Below are positions 31,694 to 41,839 of a stretch of DNA of 64,000 bases, one piece after another. The translations under genes and the position numbers were made by a program. The notes beneath the pieces were generated by a model. That model made no database searches and was not told the DNA's origin. It saw nothing but the letters and a program-made list of their open reading frames with translations. The stretch is from positions 1,568,001 to 1,632,000 of the forward strand of contig CBDCOX010000002.1 in the NCBI GenBank assembly GCA_965219995.1, read 5' to 3'. Each line of letters starts with the position of its first letter. The first letter of the stretch is position 1. Origin of the DNA: Candidatus Latescibacterota bacterium. Its GTDB lineage: Bacteria > Latescibacterota > UBA2968 > GCA-2709665.

Positions 31694-32172
31694 TTAATCA
31701 TTTCCGCCGATCGTTACATCGTTCGTGCCCTGCACCCAGCCCTGTACCAACGGCAGTTTCATACGAGCCATCGGGGCGGCGTCGGTAGTGTCACGGATCG
31801 CCCCAGTCAGGCCACCCATGATCGGCATAATGGAGCCACCTGGCCTACTGTTCGTCCAGCAGTGCGTACAGGGTTGAATTCCATCCGCCAATCGTACCGA
31901 GCCGACCATTGTCTCAATTGGAGTTCGACTCAATCAATGTCCCGGATCGTTGCGGAAGCAGTGGACACTTTCTTGAGTACCTCAGTTAGCTCCAACGCGT
32001 CGGACTCATAGGCGACCCATAGGCAGTGTTCGCCCAGTCTCGGGATGGCGAACCACCGCTGCGTCTCTGGGCAATCGATTTCGTCTATCTTCTCAGCACT
32101 CTCGAGTATTGTGACATCGGGCCTTGTCAGAGGAAACGGATGATTTGCTATCATACCGTTTTCGAGAATCAT
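31694..32172 (-). pseudogene. fragmented hypothetical gene
   Basis: Two short adjacent ORFs (79 and 80 aa) overlapping by 4 nt. Confidence 0.35.
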
Positions 32173-32358
32173 GGCTTTCTCTCGGATGACTTGGCGAAAC
32201 TTCAGGCCACTTCACACGTTGCGAAATTTGTACTCGTGACAAGGCACAAGACATTTGTGCGGCCGCGACGCCCGCGCTCGCCGGTTTGAGGGGTCGGGAT
32301 GGTGTTGGTAACGCGGTCGTGGTGTTACATCTGAAGTTGGCGATTGCACTGAAACTTG

Positions 32359-33303
32359 CTATCTGGGTACCTCACCCAAGTTGTCGGAAACATCAAGACG
32401 ATCGCTTACGCGTTGGGCCGCCATCGAAATCGCTTCGGCAACCGCTTGGGTGCCCTGCCCCGAGAGATTGGGGAATGCAGAGACGGCGAGGTAGCGATCT
32501 AGGTGTCCCCACAAGTGTCGTAAGACTTCTTGGCCGTAGGTCGTTAGTGAGACTATGATGTCTGGAACCATGCAGAGTTCGTACCACATCAGTTCGAATT
32601 CGCTGAAAAATGGATCAGTTATCCTGCTACCCCAGCATTTGACAACACATCGATGGATGAATTCATAGGCTTCTGAGCCTATCGTTATGCCGCCATTGTC
32701 CCCAGCCATTCTAACCACTTCCGCGACTCGACACAGACGCAACTCAAGATAAGTCGCAGAACGGTTGGTGCAGGCTAACAGAAATTCTATTCCGGATATA
32801 TGCCCTTGCCTAACTGGAAGGATCGCCTTCTGAAAGCCAAGGAGTGTGTCATCGACGGATGGGAGAACTGTATCGTCACGCGCCAGCTCTAAGAGATCCT
32901 CTCGAGCACTTTTTTCGAAGTAGGAATCCCTACGCAGTAAAATTGGCCCTTCGTTCGCCAGCTGATGCTTGACCCTAGCATAGATCGTTAGATCCTCGGA
33001 TGGATCGTGAAGAATGAGGACGACTGGAAGATTTAGGCGTTGCCAGTATCGCCTATGCCTCTTGCTTGGGTAGTACTTGACGTGCATTGAGTTACTTTGA
33101 CGGAAGTAGCTTTCACCTGACTTGACCTGAACTGCGATAATGGATCCCGTACTGACTGCAGACTCGGGCGCAAGGAATTCGACCTGTCCGTCGATTCCCA
33201 GATCGGAGCTTGGCGTAGCGCGCCATATCGCGTCCATCTCCGCACAGACAGAGTGGACTTTCGCAAGCCCTCTATGTTCTTGAGTAACATTGCTGGGCCG
33301 CAA
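32359..33303 (-). CDS. DUF4365 (PD-(D/E)xK) domain protein
   Basis: DLGIDGQVE, VQVKSG, YW..LNLPVVL. Confidence 0.8.
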   Translation of the reverse strand: MRPSNVTQEHRGLAKVHSVCAEMDAIWRATPSSDLGIDGQVEFLAPESAVSTGSIIAVQVKSGESYFRQSNSMHVKYYPSKRHRRYWQRLNLPVVLILHDPSEDLTIYARVKHQLANEGPILLRRDSYFEKSAREDLLELARDDTVLPSVDDTLLGFQKAILPVRQGHISGIEFLLACTNRSATYLELRLCRVAEVVRMAGDNGGITIGSEAYEFIHRCVVKCWGSRITDPFFSEFELMWYELCMVPDIIVSLTTYGQEVLRHLWGHLDRYLAVSAFPNLSGQGTQAVAEAISMAAQRVSDRLDVSDNLGEVPR

Positions 33304-33394
33304 AGGGTGAAGATCCTTGTTTTAATGGTGGGCGCTGCTTAGCAGAATCGGACAACCCTCCAAGCTCCAGCCACATACCGTTCTCGCCAATTTT

Positions 33395-33420
33395 AGGTGA
33401 CGTCCCGCGCACTTGCGAAC
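33395..33420 (-). repeat. attC remnant (R' half)
   Basis: AGGTGAC-GTCCCGCGCACTTGCGAAC; partly matches R'' at 32324. Confidence 0.5.
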
Positions 33421-33440
33421 TCAGGTCTTTCAGCGCTTTG

Positions 33441-33764
33441 TCATGTTTTTTTTAACTCTGCTATTACTTCGTTGATATAGCGCAGTCTAAATCTTTCAAA
33501 TCTATCAAGAACATAACAATCAATTGGTCTTACCTCATATGAAGGCATCCTTAGGAGTTCATCGAGCAACTGATCTCTGCTTGCAAGGAATAGCTTCCCA
33601 TACAGATAGCCATATACACACGATTTCGCTAGGTGTTCATCGTAAAGGAATTCATAATTGGGATTGAATTTGATTTTTTCCTTGATTTCTTTGCAGTAGT
33701 TTTCTGCGTCTTGGGCACGAAAACGGTATATGCTGCTGATTTGATCTTTGTCCCATTGTTCCAT
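33441..33764 (-). CDS. low-GC hypothetical protein
   Basis: AT-rich ORF MEQWDK..., AAGGA RBS. Confidence 0.6.
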   Translation of the reverse strand: MEQWDKDQISSIYRFRAQDAENYCKEIKEKIKFNPNYEFLYDEHLAKSCVYGYLYGKLFLASRDQLLDELLRMPSYEVRPIDCYVLDRFERFRLRYINEVIAELKKT

Positions 33765-33985
33765 CGTGAAGTTCCTTTCTTCTTCAATGGAATTGTTCCG
33801 CTGCGAGAAGGGATAGAAGCTGCGAACCTTCCCCTCCACGGACATTCCGACTGTTTCGGGACGCTCCCCGATGATAGCGACTACAGCGAAGATCGGCGGT
33901 TTGTGTCAGGACGAAATTACGATGGGTTGCAGCAGCAACAGGCTGTTACATTACGATGATTTCCAATCGATACAAACGGAGTCTT

Positions 33986-34597
33986 TCAAGTTTGCCCCAC
34001 CTTCTGCGCTTCGATCAGGAATCTCCTTGCTGTGAACGCCAACTCATCGTCGCTATCAAGTCGGTGTTCTAGCCCCATCAGCGGCAGGCACGTCTGAAAG
34101 TCCAGGTCATCTTTCGAACGAGGATTCTTGGATTTGTACAGAAGTCGAACCTCAATCCGTATACAGGGAACACTCCTGTATGCAACGATCAAGTCTCCTC
34201 GTTGCCCGTCATTCAGCCTGCTGCGCTTGCTGAAACACCCGGCGCCTTCGCCTTCAGTCAACATGATCTGAAGCTGCCACGCCTGTATGCCGGTATGGCC
34301 CCAGATGTCATGTATCCCGTACGGCGAGTATTCTGACTCCGCCCACGGCCGCAATGAGCCGGATGGATCGGCCGCGTACAGATGCCAATCCGAGAGCCAG
34401 CGCTGTACGTCGATTTGCTGATCGCGAAACACGATGACGTCGATATCACCGTGGTCCCGAAAACGCTTTCCCACGAACTGCTCAACCGCATAGCCACCGG
34501 CGAGTCCCCACAGGAAAGGAGCGCCAACGAACAATTGCGTCATTTCCCGGACGGATAGAGGCTGCCAATTGCTGTAGGGAATCTCAGGAGTGGTCAT
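33986..34597 (-). CDS. chimeric nucleotidyltransferase with methyltransferase C-terminal tail
   Basis: Paralog of 25683-26291 up to CLPLM, then matches the C-terminus of 28697-29464. Confidence 0.85.
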   Translation of the reverse strand: MTTPEIPYSNWQPLSVREMTQLFVGAPFLWGLAGGYAVEQFVGKRFRDHGDIDVIVFRDQQIDVQRWLSDWHLYAADPSGSLRPWAESEYSPYGIHDIWGHTGIQAWQLQIMLTEGEGAGCFSKRSRLNDGQRGDLIVAYRSVPCIRIEVRLLYKSKNPRSKDDLDFQTCLPLMGLEHRLDSDDELAFTARRFLIEAQKVGQT

Positions 34598-34627
34598 AAA
34601 GTTCGCATTCTGCGCGTGAAAGATGTC

Positions 34628-34719
34628 CGCTAACGTGACTCACGATATGCGATCCTGTGAAGCAGGTTGCCGAGGGCCAAGCCGCCGAAGGCGGCGAAGC
34701 GCAAACCAACGCGTTAGAA
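34628..34719 (-). repeat. attC site
   Basis: R'' TTCTAAC ... R' GTTAGCG; family core GGTTGCCGAGGGCCAAG. Confidence 0.85.
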
Positions 34720-34735
34720 GACGTGCGTAAAGCAT

Positions 34736-35507
34736 CTATACGGCAAGCGAGTCGTAATTCTCATTAAGCCACGTGTTTTCTTCTTCCAGTTCCGCAAGAT
34801 CCCCACGCTGGTAGAAGATGGACCAGGGGAGGAGTCCTTGCCTGCCCAGAGTCTCGGTCCTTCGGTACTCTTCCAGTTGCAGCTCGTTCAAGGTGTCTAA
34901 AATCGCGTTGGCGTCCGTGCCGAACGTGTCAGAAACGACTGCTAACCTGGACCTGAAATCCGGCTCTTCGGAAAATCCAGCCTCTCTCCAGTGGTCTTCG
35001 CCTCGGAGAGGCACCGCGTACCAGGCAAAACTGGCTGACATCGCAGAGAGGATCACCTGGTTCAGCGAAATCCCAGTCGATTACTCCTTTGAAGGTTCGC
35101 CCTTCCCAGACAGTATTCCAGGGTCCAAGATCCCCGTGTCGGATGGTCATCCCCGGTTGCCAGTTCACATTGGGAACAACCCATTCAGCATCCTCGGGAG
35201 GCTCGAAATCCCTCACTGCATCGTGATATCCGGACAGGAATCGCGCGACCTCAGCCAGGCCCTCTTCCTCAAGCATCACGTCCGGCCAAGGTCGCCGGGC
35301 AACCTCGCCAGGTATAAACGAAAGCACCTCGCGCCCGAGTTCGTCGAATCCGAGGGCACGAGGAACACCTGAAAAGCCAACCGCCTCCAGGTAGCGCAGC
35401 AAGGAATGGACGGCCGGAGTCCACCGATGGACAGGTCTGCGCACGGTGTCTCCAATCCGCACAACGGGATTGACACAACCCCGGGCGGATTCGCCCTCTT
35501 GCATCAT
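34736..35507 (-). pseudogene. APH-like phosphotransferase, frameshift in T4 run near 35028
   Basis: VVRIGDTVRRP, HGDLGPWN, IDWDFA; C-terminus in another frame. Confidence 0.75.
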
Positions 35508-36260
35508 CGTCAGATCCTCCCGAGCCTGATAAGTGATTACCGCCCTTCAGGCCGGTGTTCCGCGCCAGAAATCGTTGTACGCCGCCAGGGGCCCGTCCCC
35601 GTGCGGCCCGGTAGCCAGATCCAGCCCCCCAAAGAGATAGACGGACTCGCCCCCCACTGCCATAACGGGGATTCGCCTGACACCGGGACGTTCGGCGCCG
35701 GCAGAGTAGTCCTTCGCACCGTTGTGTGGATACAGACAGTCCCACCGGCCGGCACGAAGATCGTACTGCCACAGATCGTTCAGCTGGGGGTGCTCCCCTT
35801 TCCCTCCTGCAAATCCTCCGAACAGATACAGGTGATCTCCGATTACAGCGTGTCCCAGCCCGTACCGAGGGGAAGGCCGCGTTACATCATCCGCCCGGTT
35901 CTCCTGAATGCAGGTCCAGGCGCCTTTGTCGGGATCGAATTCCCACAGATCGTTGAAGAACTCCGGCGTTCGCCCCTGACTGTCCCGACCGCCCCACAGG
36001 TAGAGCCTGCCGTTCCAGCCGGCAAGCACGGGACAGTATCGTTTCGGCGGCCAACCGTCGCGCCCATTCGATGCAGGCCCCAGGTACTCCCATCTCCCGG
36101 CCGGTGCCCCGTAGGTCCACAGCTGTGCGTGCGTCATCGCGCCATGCCCCCCCATCAGATACAGGGAGTCGCCCAGAGCAACCGCCCCCATCCCGCCGTA
36201 CCCGGCGGGGCGATGCCCCTCCGCCGCAATTCCTGATGCGCGCCCGTCGTCGGGCTCTAA

Positions 36261-37813
36261 CCTCAATGTGAAATAAATCAGGCTGCATTCTGTAGTGCGT
36301 TGCAGATTTTGCGGTATTGTTTTTCGGTGTGCTTGTTGCGTTGGAGACGCAGGGTAAGCCGCCCTTCGGGTCGGATAAGGTGTCCGGCGCGGTTGATGAT
36401 CTCGAACCGGAGGGTGCGTATGGATTTGAGGGGCCATCGGTTGGTATTTTTCAAGGTGCGATTGCGTTGTGTCAGTCCGGTTTCGATCTGGAAGTTGACC
36501 AGGAGGTTGTGCGCGAGAATGACGAACTGTTGCCAGGCACTATTGGCGTTGTAATCGTGTGTGGGGATGGTATCGAAGCTGAGACCGGTCTTGAGTTCCC
36601 CGATGGCTTTTTCGTGCATGCCGCGCCCTGCCATGAAGCGCCAGAGCGCGCGCAACTTGAAGGGTAGATTGCTGGCCACGGCAGAGTATTCGAAGGTGCC
36701 GTCATCGGGATCGAACAGGTCCAACTGGTAATTCTTGCGGGTTTTATGGAAGACGCGTTTTCGAAAGATGGCAATGTTGAGGGTGCGTTCCCATTTTTTG
36801 ACCGTCAGCGTTGACGGAAAGCCGTCGACGCCTTTCTCGATGCGCTGCCAGTTGCTGCATTGACGGATTTTGTGCTGTAAGTCCAGGCCATTCCAAAAGG
36901 GAACCTTGATGGCATACGAGGCCTTGTTCTTGATAAGCGTGTTCACCACATCCTCTTTGAAAAAGTCGCCATCCATGCGGAATCGCAGGGAGTAGGCGTG
37001 TCCCAGGCTTTCTTTGATCTGAGAGAACACATCCTTTAGAAACTCGATGGAGGCGCTGCCATCGTTGATGTTGCCGGGCCGGTTGTGCGCGCGGAGAAAA
37101 TGACCACTGTCGGCCAGATAAGCGGTAATCGGATAGTAACTGGGGACTTTGCGATGATGCGGATTATACCCACGGCGGGCGCCGTCGACGCGTTTGCCCG
37201 TGCACAAGACGGTGCCGTCCACGTCGATCGTCAATTTTCGTGCGCGCAACAACTTGATCTTATGAGCAACCACGGCGGCGTTGAGGGCTTTCAGGGCGTC
37301 GAGACCCTTGTCGGTAAACCGTCTCAGAAACAGGCTCATGCTGCGGGGCGTCGGTAGATCCTTCAGACCGCAGAACCGCTGCAGCAGGGGATCTCCTTTC
37401 AAGAAATCCAGATGCCGCAACCGACGGCCGCCTACCACCAGCAAACCCAACAGAACACGGGAAAGGCTCACCACACCGAAGTCGCCGCCAAAGCACGCAC
37501 TGCCCAGGTGACGGCGCAATTGTCTGTTCCAATCGATGGTTCGCAAATACCGCATCAACAGCTCCAAACCCGCATACGAGGTGAGGCCTTCACCCGTGAA
37601 TTCGATCTTCAAATCGTCGTTGACACGCGCGTGCAAATCCGCTTTCTTTCGTCTCACTGTACGTGGCCTTTCGTTTTGGGTGAATTGGGGGTTTCGTCGC
37701 TTCCCAATATACCAAAATGGAAGGCCTTTTCCTATTGATAAATATAGACTTATTCGTGTTTTCGCCTGGTCTTCAATGCTCCGAATTTCATCAACATTAT
37801 TTTCGCATTGAGG
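36261..37813 (-). mobile_element. IS1380-family element, 1553 bp
   Basis: Terminal IRs CCTCAATG(T/C)GAAA; CTAA duplicated at 36257-36260 and 37814-37817. Confidence 0.9.
36278..37657 (-). CDS. IS1380-family DDE transposase
   Basis: LTSYAGL, IDVDGT, RMDGDF, RG..E..I.ELK motifs. Confidence 0.92.
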   Translation of the reverse strand: MRRKKADLHARVNDDLKIEFTGEGLTSYAGLELLMRYLRTIDWNRQLRRHLGSACFGGDFGVVSLSRVLLGLLVVGGRRLRHLDFLKGDPLLQRFCGLKDLPTPRSMSLFLRRFTDKGLDALKALNAAVVAHKIKLLRARKLTIDVDGTVLCTGKRVDGARRGYNPHHRKVPSYYPITAYLADSGHFLRAHNRPGNINDGSASIEFLKDVFSQIKESLGHAYSLRFRMDGDFFKEDVVNTLIKNKASYAIKVPFWNGLDLQHKIRQCSNWQRIEKGVDGFPSTLTVKKWERTLNIAIFRKRVFHKTRKNYQLDLFDPDDGTFEYSAVASNLPFKLRALWRFMAGRGMHEKAIGELKTGLSFDTIPTHDYNANSAWQQFVILAHNLLVNFQIETGLTQRNRTLKNTNRWPLKSIRTLRFEIINRAGHLIRPEGRLTLRLQRNKHTEKQYRKICNALQNAA

Positions 37814-38355
37814 CTAACAGCTCCCACGAGGCTGTCTTCGGATCATAGGCCCAGAGATCGTTCAGCTTGATCTCCCCCTTTCCGGGCCCACGCACCGAGG
37901 ACCCGCCGAAAAGGTAAAGCCTGCCGTTCATTGGCAGCCAGGTCGTGAGCTTCCGGGTGCACGGTCTGGTATCGGACGGTCTGAACCCGATGCGCCCATT
38001 GTGGTCTTCCAACCGCGTCCACCGGCCTCGACCCGGGTCGTAGCGCCACAGGTCGTTCAATGAGCCCTGGACGGAAAGATCTCCAGGCCCTTTCGGCCGG
38101 CCGTACATCACTTTTATCCCGCCGAACAGGTAGACGCATCCATTGTAGCTCAACATCCCGCCGAAGGCCGCCCGCCTGCAGGGTACATCCTCGGCCTGCT
38201 CCTGGTCCGGATACAGCAGTTCCCACTTCATAGTGGACCTCCGCACCGCCTGACTTGTGATTCTGCGGAGAAAGTTCGGCATATTCCATTCGTAGCCGAT
38301 CCCCGAGTCGGCGAAGCGACGAGTCCCGCAGATAAGTCCCGCAACGGGCGCATGC

Positions 38356-39732
38356 CTACCTGCTGAACGCGTCGGGCCTGCTGGATTCCGAGGGCCAGTA
38401 CCCGTCGCGGCTCGGGTGCCAGCGCTTGCCGCACAGGTCGGAGATCACGCTCCATTCGGGGGCGCTCAGATCAGGGTCCGGCTGGAACAGGAAGCGCTGC
38501 AGGCCGGCCCGCTCGGAGGCGGTCAGGATGCCGTGCAGGTCGCGGGCGGTCATGGGCTCGCCCCCGTGCGGACGGCGCCCCGTCGATACCCAGGCGATCA
38601 CCTTGTTCACATCCCCGATGGCCTCCAGCGCTCGGCGCGTCTCGTTGTACACCAGCTCCGAGAAGAACTCCTCGGGGAACCCCAGTTCCATGTCCGCCAG
38701 GGTCTGCACCCCGGGAAGCTCCAGCCCCAGGAAGGCCTTGACCACGGCGAAGCCGTCTGCCTCCAACAGGGTCGGGTTCCAGTCCAGGACCTGCTGCACC
38801 CAGCGGGCCATGGTGCCGTAGAGGCCGTCATTCCCGCGGTGCCAGAAGTAGTGCTTGGGGAAGACGTAGTCGAAGTACTCCGCCATCTCGCCAAATTCGT
38901 GCCCGGTCAGTGACGAGAAAGCGGCGGTGCGCGGAATGCCCCCCAGCTCCACCTTCCCTCCCACTCTCTGCATCTGCGCGTGCACGGCGTGCATGAACCC
39001 CCGCGCCGCTTCGCGGCGGGCGCGCAGCCAGTACAGGGCATCCTCGTTCAGGTCGAACAGGTTCAGTGCCCCCAGCATGCCGCCGGACGCGTGGTAGCGC
39101 ACCAGATCCGGAGTCAGGTTGTGGAAACGCTCGTTCAGGTGCGCCATGCCGCGGGCGACGCGCTCCACATCGGCGCCGATGGCTTCCAGGCGGTGCCGCA
39201 TGCGACCGTCCAGTTCCAGTAGGGCCTGACCCCGATGGAAGGCAAGTTCGTAGAAGGTCTCACCGGGCTGGTCCAGGATGACGCCGTGGGCCTGGGGATA
39301 GGCACTGGCCAGGTCGTGCACCCCGGCGGCCACCTCGATGGCCCCGAAAGGGTCCTCCTCCTCGGCCAGGCCGCTGGTGGTACCCTGGCCCCGCTGGTAG
39401 AGCAGCCGGAGCCCGTCTCTGGAGTCGAAGATCATGATGTGCCAGCCCCGGGAGGCGGCGTTGTCGAGGAGCGCGTGGAGCTGCTTCTCCCTCTCGGGGG
39501 TGCGGGCCGTTTCCGGGGGCGGCTTGATGCCGAACGCGGCGTACACCTTTGGGTCCGCCGCAAACGAGGGGGTGAGGGTGTCCCCCCACAACGGCATGCC
39601 GGCCTCGTTCCTGAGCCACATCCGTCCCACCACGATGCCGCCCACCCCTCCCGCCTCCCACGCGTCGAAGATGCGCGGATAGTCGTCCAGCCAGCGCTCC
39701 AGGGGATTGTGCACGAAGATCCAGGGTACCAT
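38356..39732 (-). CDS. uncharacterised protein (458 aa), paralog of 45018-46331
   Basis: GC-rich; FPKHYFWHRG.DG.YGT and WVSTGRRPHGG motifs shared. Confidence 0.85.
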   Translation of the reverse strand: MVPWIFVHNPLERWLDDYPRIFDAWEAGGVGGIVVGRMWLRNEAGMPLWGDTLTPSFAADPKVYAAFGIKPPPETARTPEREKQLHALLDNAASRGWHIMIFDSRDGLRLLYQRGQGTTSGLAEEEDPFGAIEVAAGVHDLASAYPQAHGVILDQPGETFYELAFHRGQALLELDGRMRHRLEAIGADVERVARGMAHLNERFHNLTPDLVRYHASGGMLGALNLFDLNEDALYWLRARREAARGFMHAVHAQMQRVGGKVELGGIPRTAAFSSLTGHEFGEMAEYFDYVFPKHYFWHRGNDGLYGTMARWVQQVLDWNPTLLEADGFAVVKAFLGLELPGVQTLADMELGFPEEFFSELVYNETRRALEAIGDVNKVIAWVSTGRRPHGGEPMTARDLHGILTASERAGLQRFLFQPDPDLSAPEWSVISDLCGKRWHPSRDGYWPSESSRPDAFSR

Positions 39733-39857
39733 CGCGTCACCTCTCTCTGGGGTTACCCCAGTTTAGTGGACGGTTCCTTAACTGCACATTCAATGAGCAT
39801 CCACAGCCACTTCGGTCTTCGCATGCAACTACGGAATCTCCTTTAAGAAATGCCCTG

Positions 39858-40083
39858 TCAGGCCGGTGCTCCGCGCCAGAAATCGTTGTACGCCGCCAGC
39901 GGCCCGTCCCCGCGCGGCCCGGTAGCCAGGTCGTGAGCTTCCGGGTACACGGTCTGGTATCGGACGGTCTGAACCCGATGCGCCCATCGTGGTCTTCCAA
40001 CCGCGTCCACCGGCCTCGACGCGGGTCGTAGCGCCACAGGTCGTTCAATGAGCCCTGGCCGGATGCAGAAGTTCCCACTTCAT
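39858..40083 (-). pseudogene. miniature doubly-deleted copy of Kelch gene
   Basis: Start, a ~130-bp middle piece and the last ~70 bp of the Kelch gene joined together. Confidence 0.88.
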
Positions 40084-40203
40084 CGTTGACCTCCGAACGG
40101 TGTGACTTGTGATTCTGGGGTGAAAGTCCGGCGAATTCCATTGGTTGCCAAAAACCCGATACAGTTTATTCGCGGCGGATGATTGTTGAACCCACAATTG
40201 GCT

Positions 40204-41661
40204 TCAGGACGCATAAAGAGCAAACAGCCTGGCGCGGTCCAGGTACACTTTGACCTTGACCCCTCCTCGTGCCTGCGAGACCATCTTCTCTTCGAGCCCA
40301 CCCACATTAACTCCGACTGCGCCCGGCGGATCGCTTTTCCATTGTACCCGGTACTCCGTATCATTCGCCGAGAAGGGTATGCAGTCTTCTTTGCCAAAAC
40401 CCGGCACGACCCGGTCAAACGGATCGACGATCTCCACTCTCAGCGACCCGCCTGTCGCATCGGCGTTGATCCACAATGCATTGGCCTCGATACTCAGCGG
40501 GACCGTGGTCACGACCCCCTGCGCCTCCGTCTTCAGACAGACCAGCCGGTCCTTTTCGATCTTTGCCAGATTGATTCCCCGCCGGGATTCTTCGCCGTAG
40601 CGCGTCCCCTCGCCGTGCAATTCGTTTGAGCAGCTGTGATAGACCCAGATTTCATCGCCGCGCACAAACGGGGCATGGGACGGATAGACACTTCCACTGT
40701 CGTGGCTGCCGCGGGGGCCGCATTCCAGAATCGGTTCGCGGTTGCCGGCCCGATGCCAGGTCCGGCCGTTCTTCGAGTAGGTCAATTGGACGTCCATCCG
40801 GTTCATCCATTCGGGCATCCAATCTTCGATCCGGTTCCGGGCGATCCACCCCTCGTGGAGCGTATGAAACACGGACAGGAAGCCGATCCGAAAGCCGCGA
40901 TACGCCAGCGAACTCATGCCGTAAAACTCCTGGTCCTGCGGCGGATCGTACTCATCGGGCGCGACGATGATCTTGCGCGGGGTCCAGTTTTCGAAATCAT
41001 CACTCTCGGCCATGCAAATGATGCGCACGTTAGGCCGTCCCCGAAGATAAACGACGTAGCGGTGAATTTTCGCGTCCCAATAAGCGACCAGGTGGGTATC
41101 CGAGCCCTGTGGAATGACCGGGTTGAGCCAGCGCTGGGGCACGTCCCAATGAATCCCGTCGGCAGAATACGCCACACATACCGGCTGCACAATGCCGGCG
41201 AATATCATGTCTCCGCTCTGGAACATAAAGAGCATCTTGTAGCGCCTGGCCGGGTCTGTTTCGATAGGGTCTTTCATGACTCCTGTCCCGGCCCCCCACC
41301 TCAGAAAGGGGAAGACCAGGTTATTCTCTTTGCTGCCGCCATCCTCGACGAGGTTGAGGATGGGTTTTTCCCAGTGGATGCCGTCCCTGGACACGGCGTA
41401 GGCCAGCCCGTCCGCCGCTTCGCCGCGCGCTTCGCTCAATCTTCGGCTCACGCCGTACCACATCTTGAAGATGTCTTCGTCGTCGTCGTACAGGACGTTG
41501 ACGTAGCCCCCGATCAGCCACTCCTCTTCCCAGGCCCGATCCTTCTCAATCAACGGTTGTTGCGAGACCTTCTTTGCGGGTACGACCCATTGCACGACGC
41601 TGTCGAGACTTTCGACAAACGTATTGTCAATGAATAGGTAGGCCGCTTTCTCGTCCGTCAT
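40204..41661 (-). CDS. beta-propeller glycoside hydrolase-like protein (GH32/GH130-like)
   Basis: Repeated S.DG.HW boxes. Confidence 0.7.
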   Translation of the reverse strand: MTDEKAAYLFIDNTFVESLDSVVQWVVPAKKVSQQPLIEKDRAWEEEWLIGGYVNVLYDDDEDIFKMWYGVSRRLSEARGEAADGLAYAVSRDGIHWEKPILNLVEDGGSKENNLVFPFLRWGAGTGVMKDPIETDPARRYKMLFMFQSGDMIFAGIVQPVCVAYSADGIHWDVPQRWLNPVIPQGSDTHLVAYWDAKIHRYVVYLRGRPNVRIICMAESDDFENWTPRKIIVAPDEYDPPQDQEFYGMSSLAYRGFRIGFLSVFHTLHEGWIARNRIEDWMPEWMNRMDVQLTYSKNGRTWHRAGNREPILECGPRGSHDSGSVYPSHAPFVRGDEIWVYHSCSNELHGEGTRYGEESRRGINLAKIEKDRLVCLKTEAQGVVTTVPLSIEANALWINADATGGSLRVEIVDPFDRVVPGFGKEDCIPFSANDTEYRVQWKSDPPGAVGVNVGGLEEKMVSQARGGVKVKVYLDRARLFALYAS

Positions 41662-41839
41662 TGGTCTCTCCGTGTATTGAATAACTCCCTGATCTGCGCG
41701 AACGAGCAAAGCTTACAATGAGACCGAGAGGTGAATCCACTCGCCGTGATGCGATCAGGATGGAGTGGCTATTGTCTCTTGTGCGCAATTTTCCGGGTTG
41801 GAGTGTTGGGTTGCGGCCGATTCCTCGCTCTTACACAAC

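Larger units (their letters stand above)
35547..38231 (-). pseudogene. Kelch-repeat protein interrupted by IS1380
   Basis: LYLFGG/NDLW.YD repeats on both sides; removing the IS and one TSD restores ...WELLEPDD... Confidence 0.88.
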
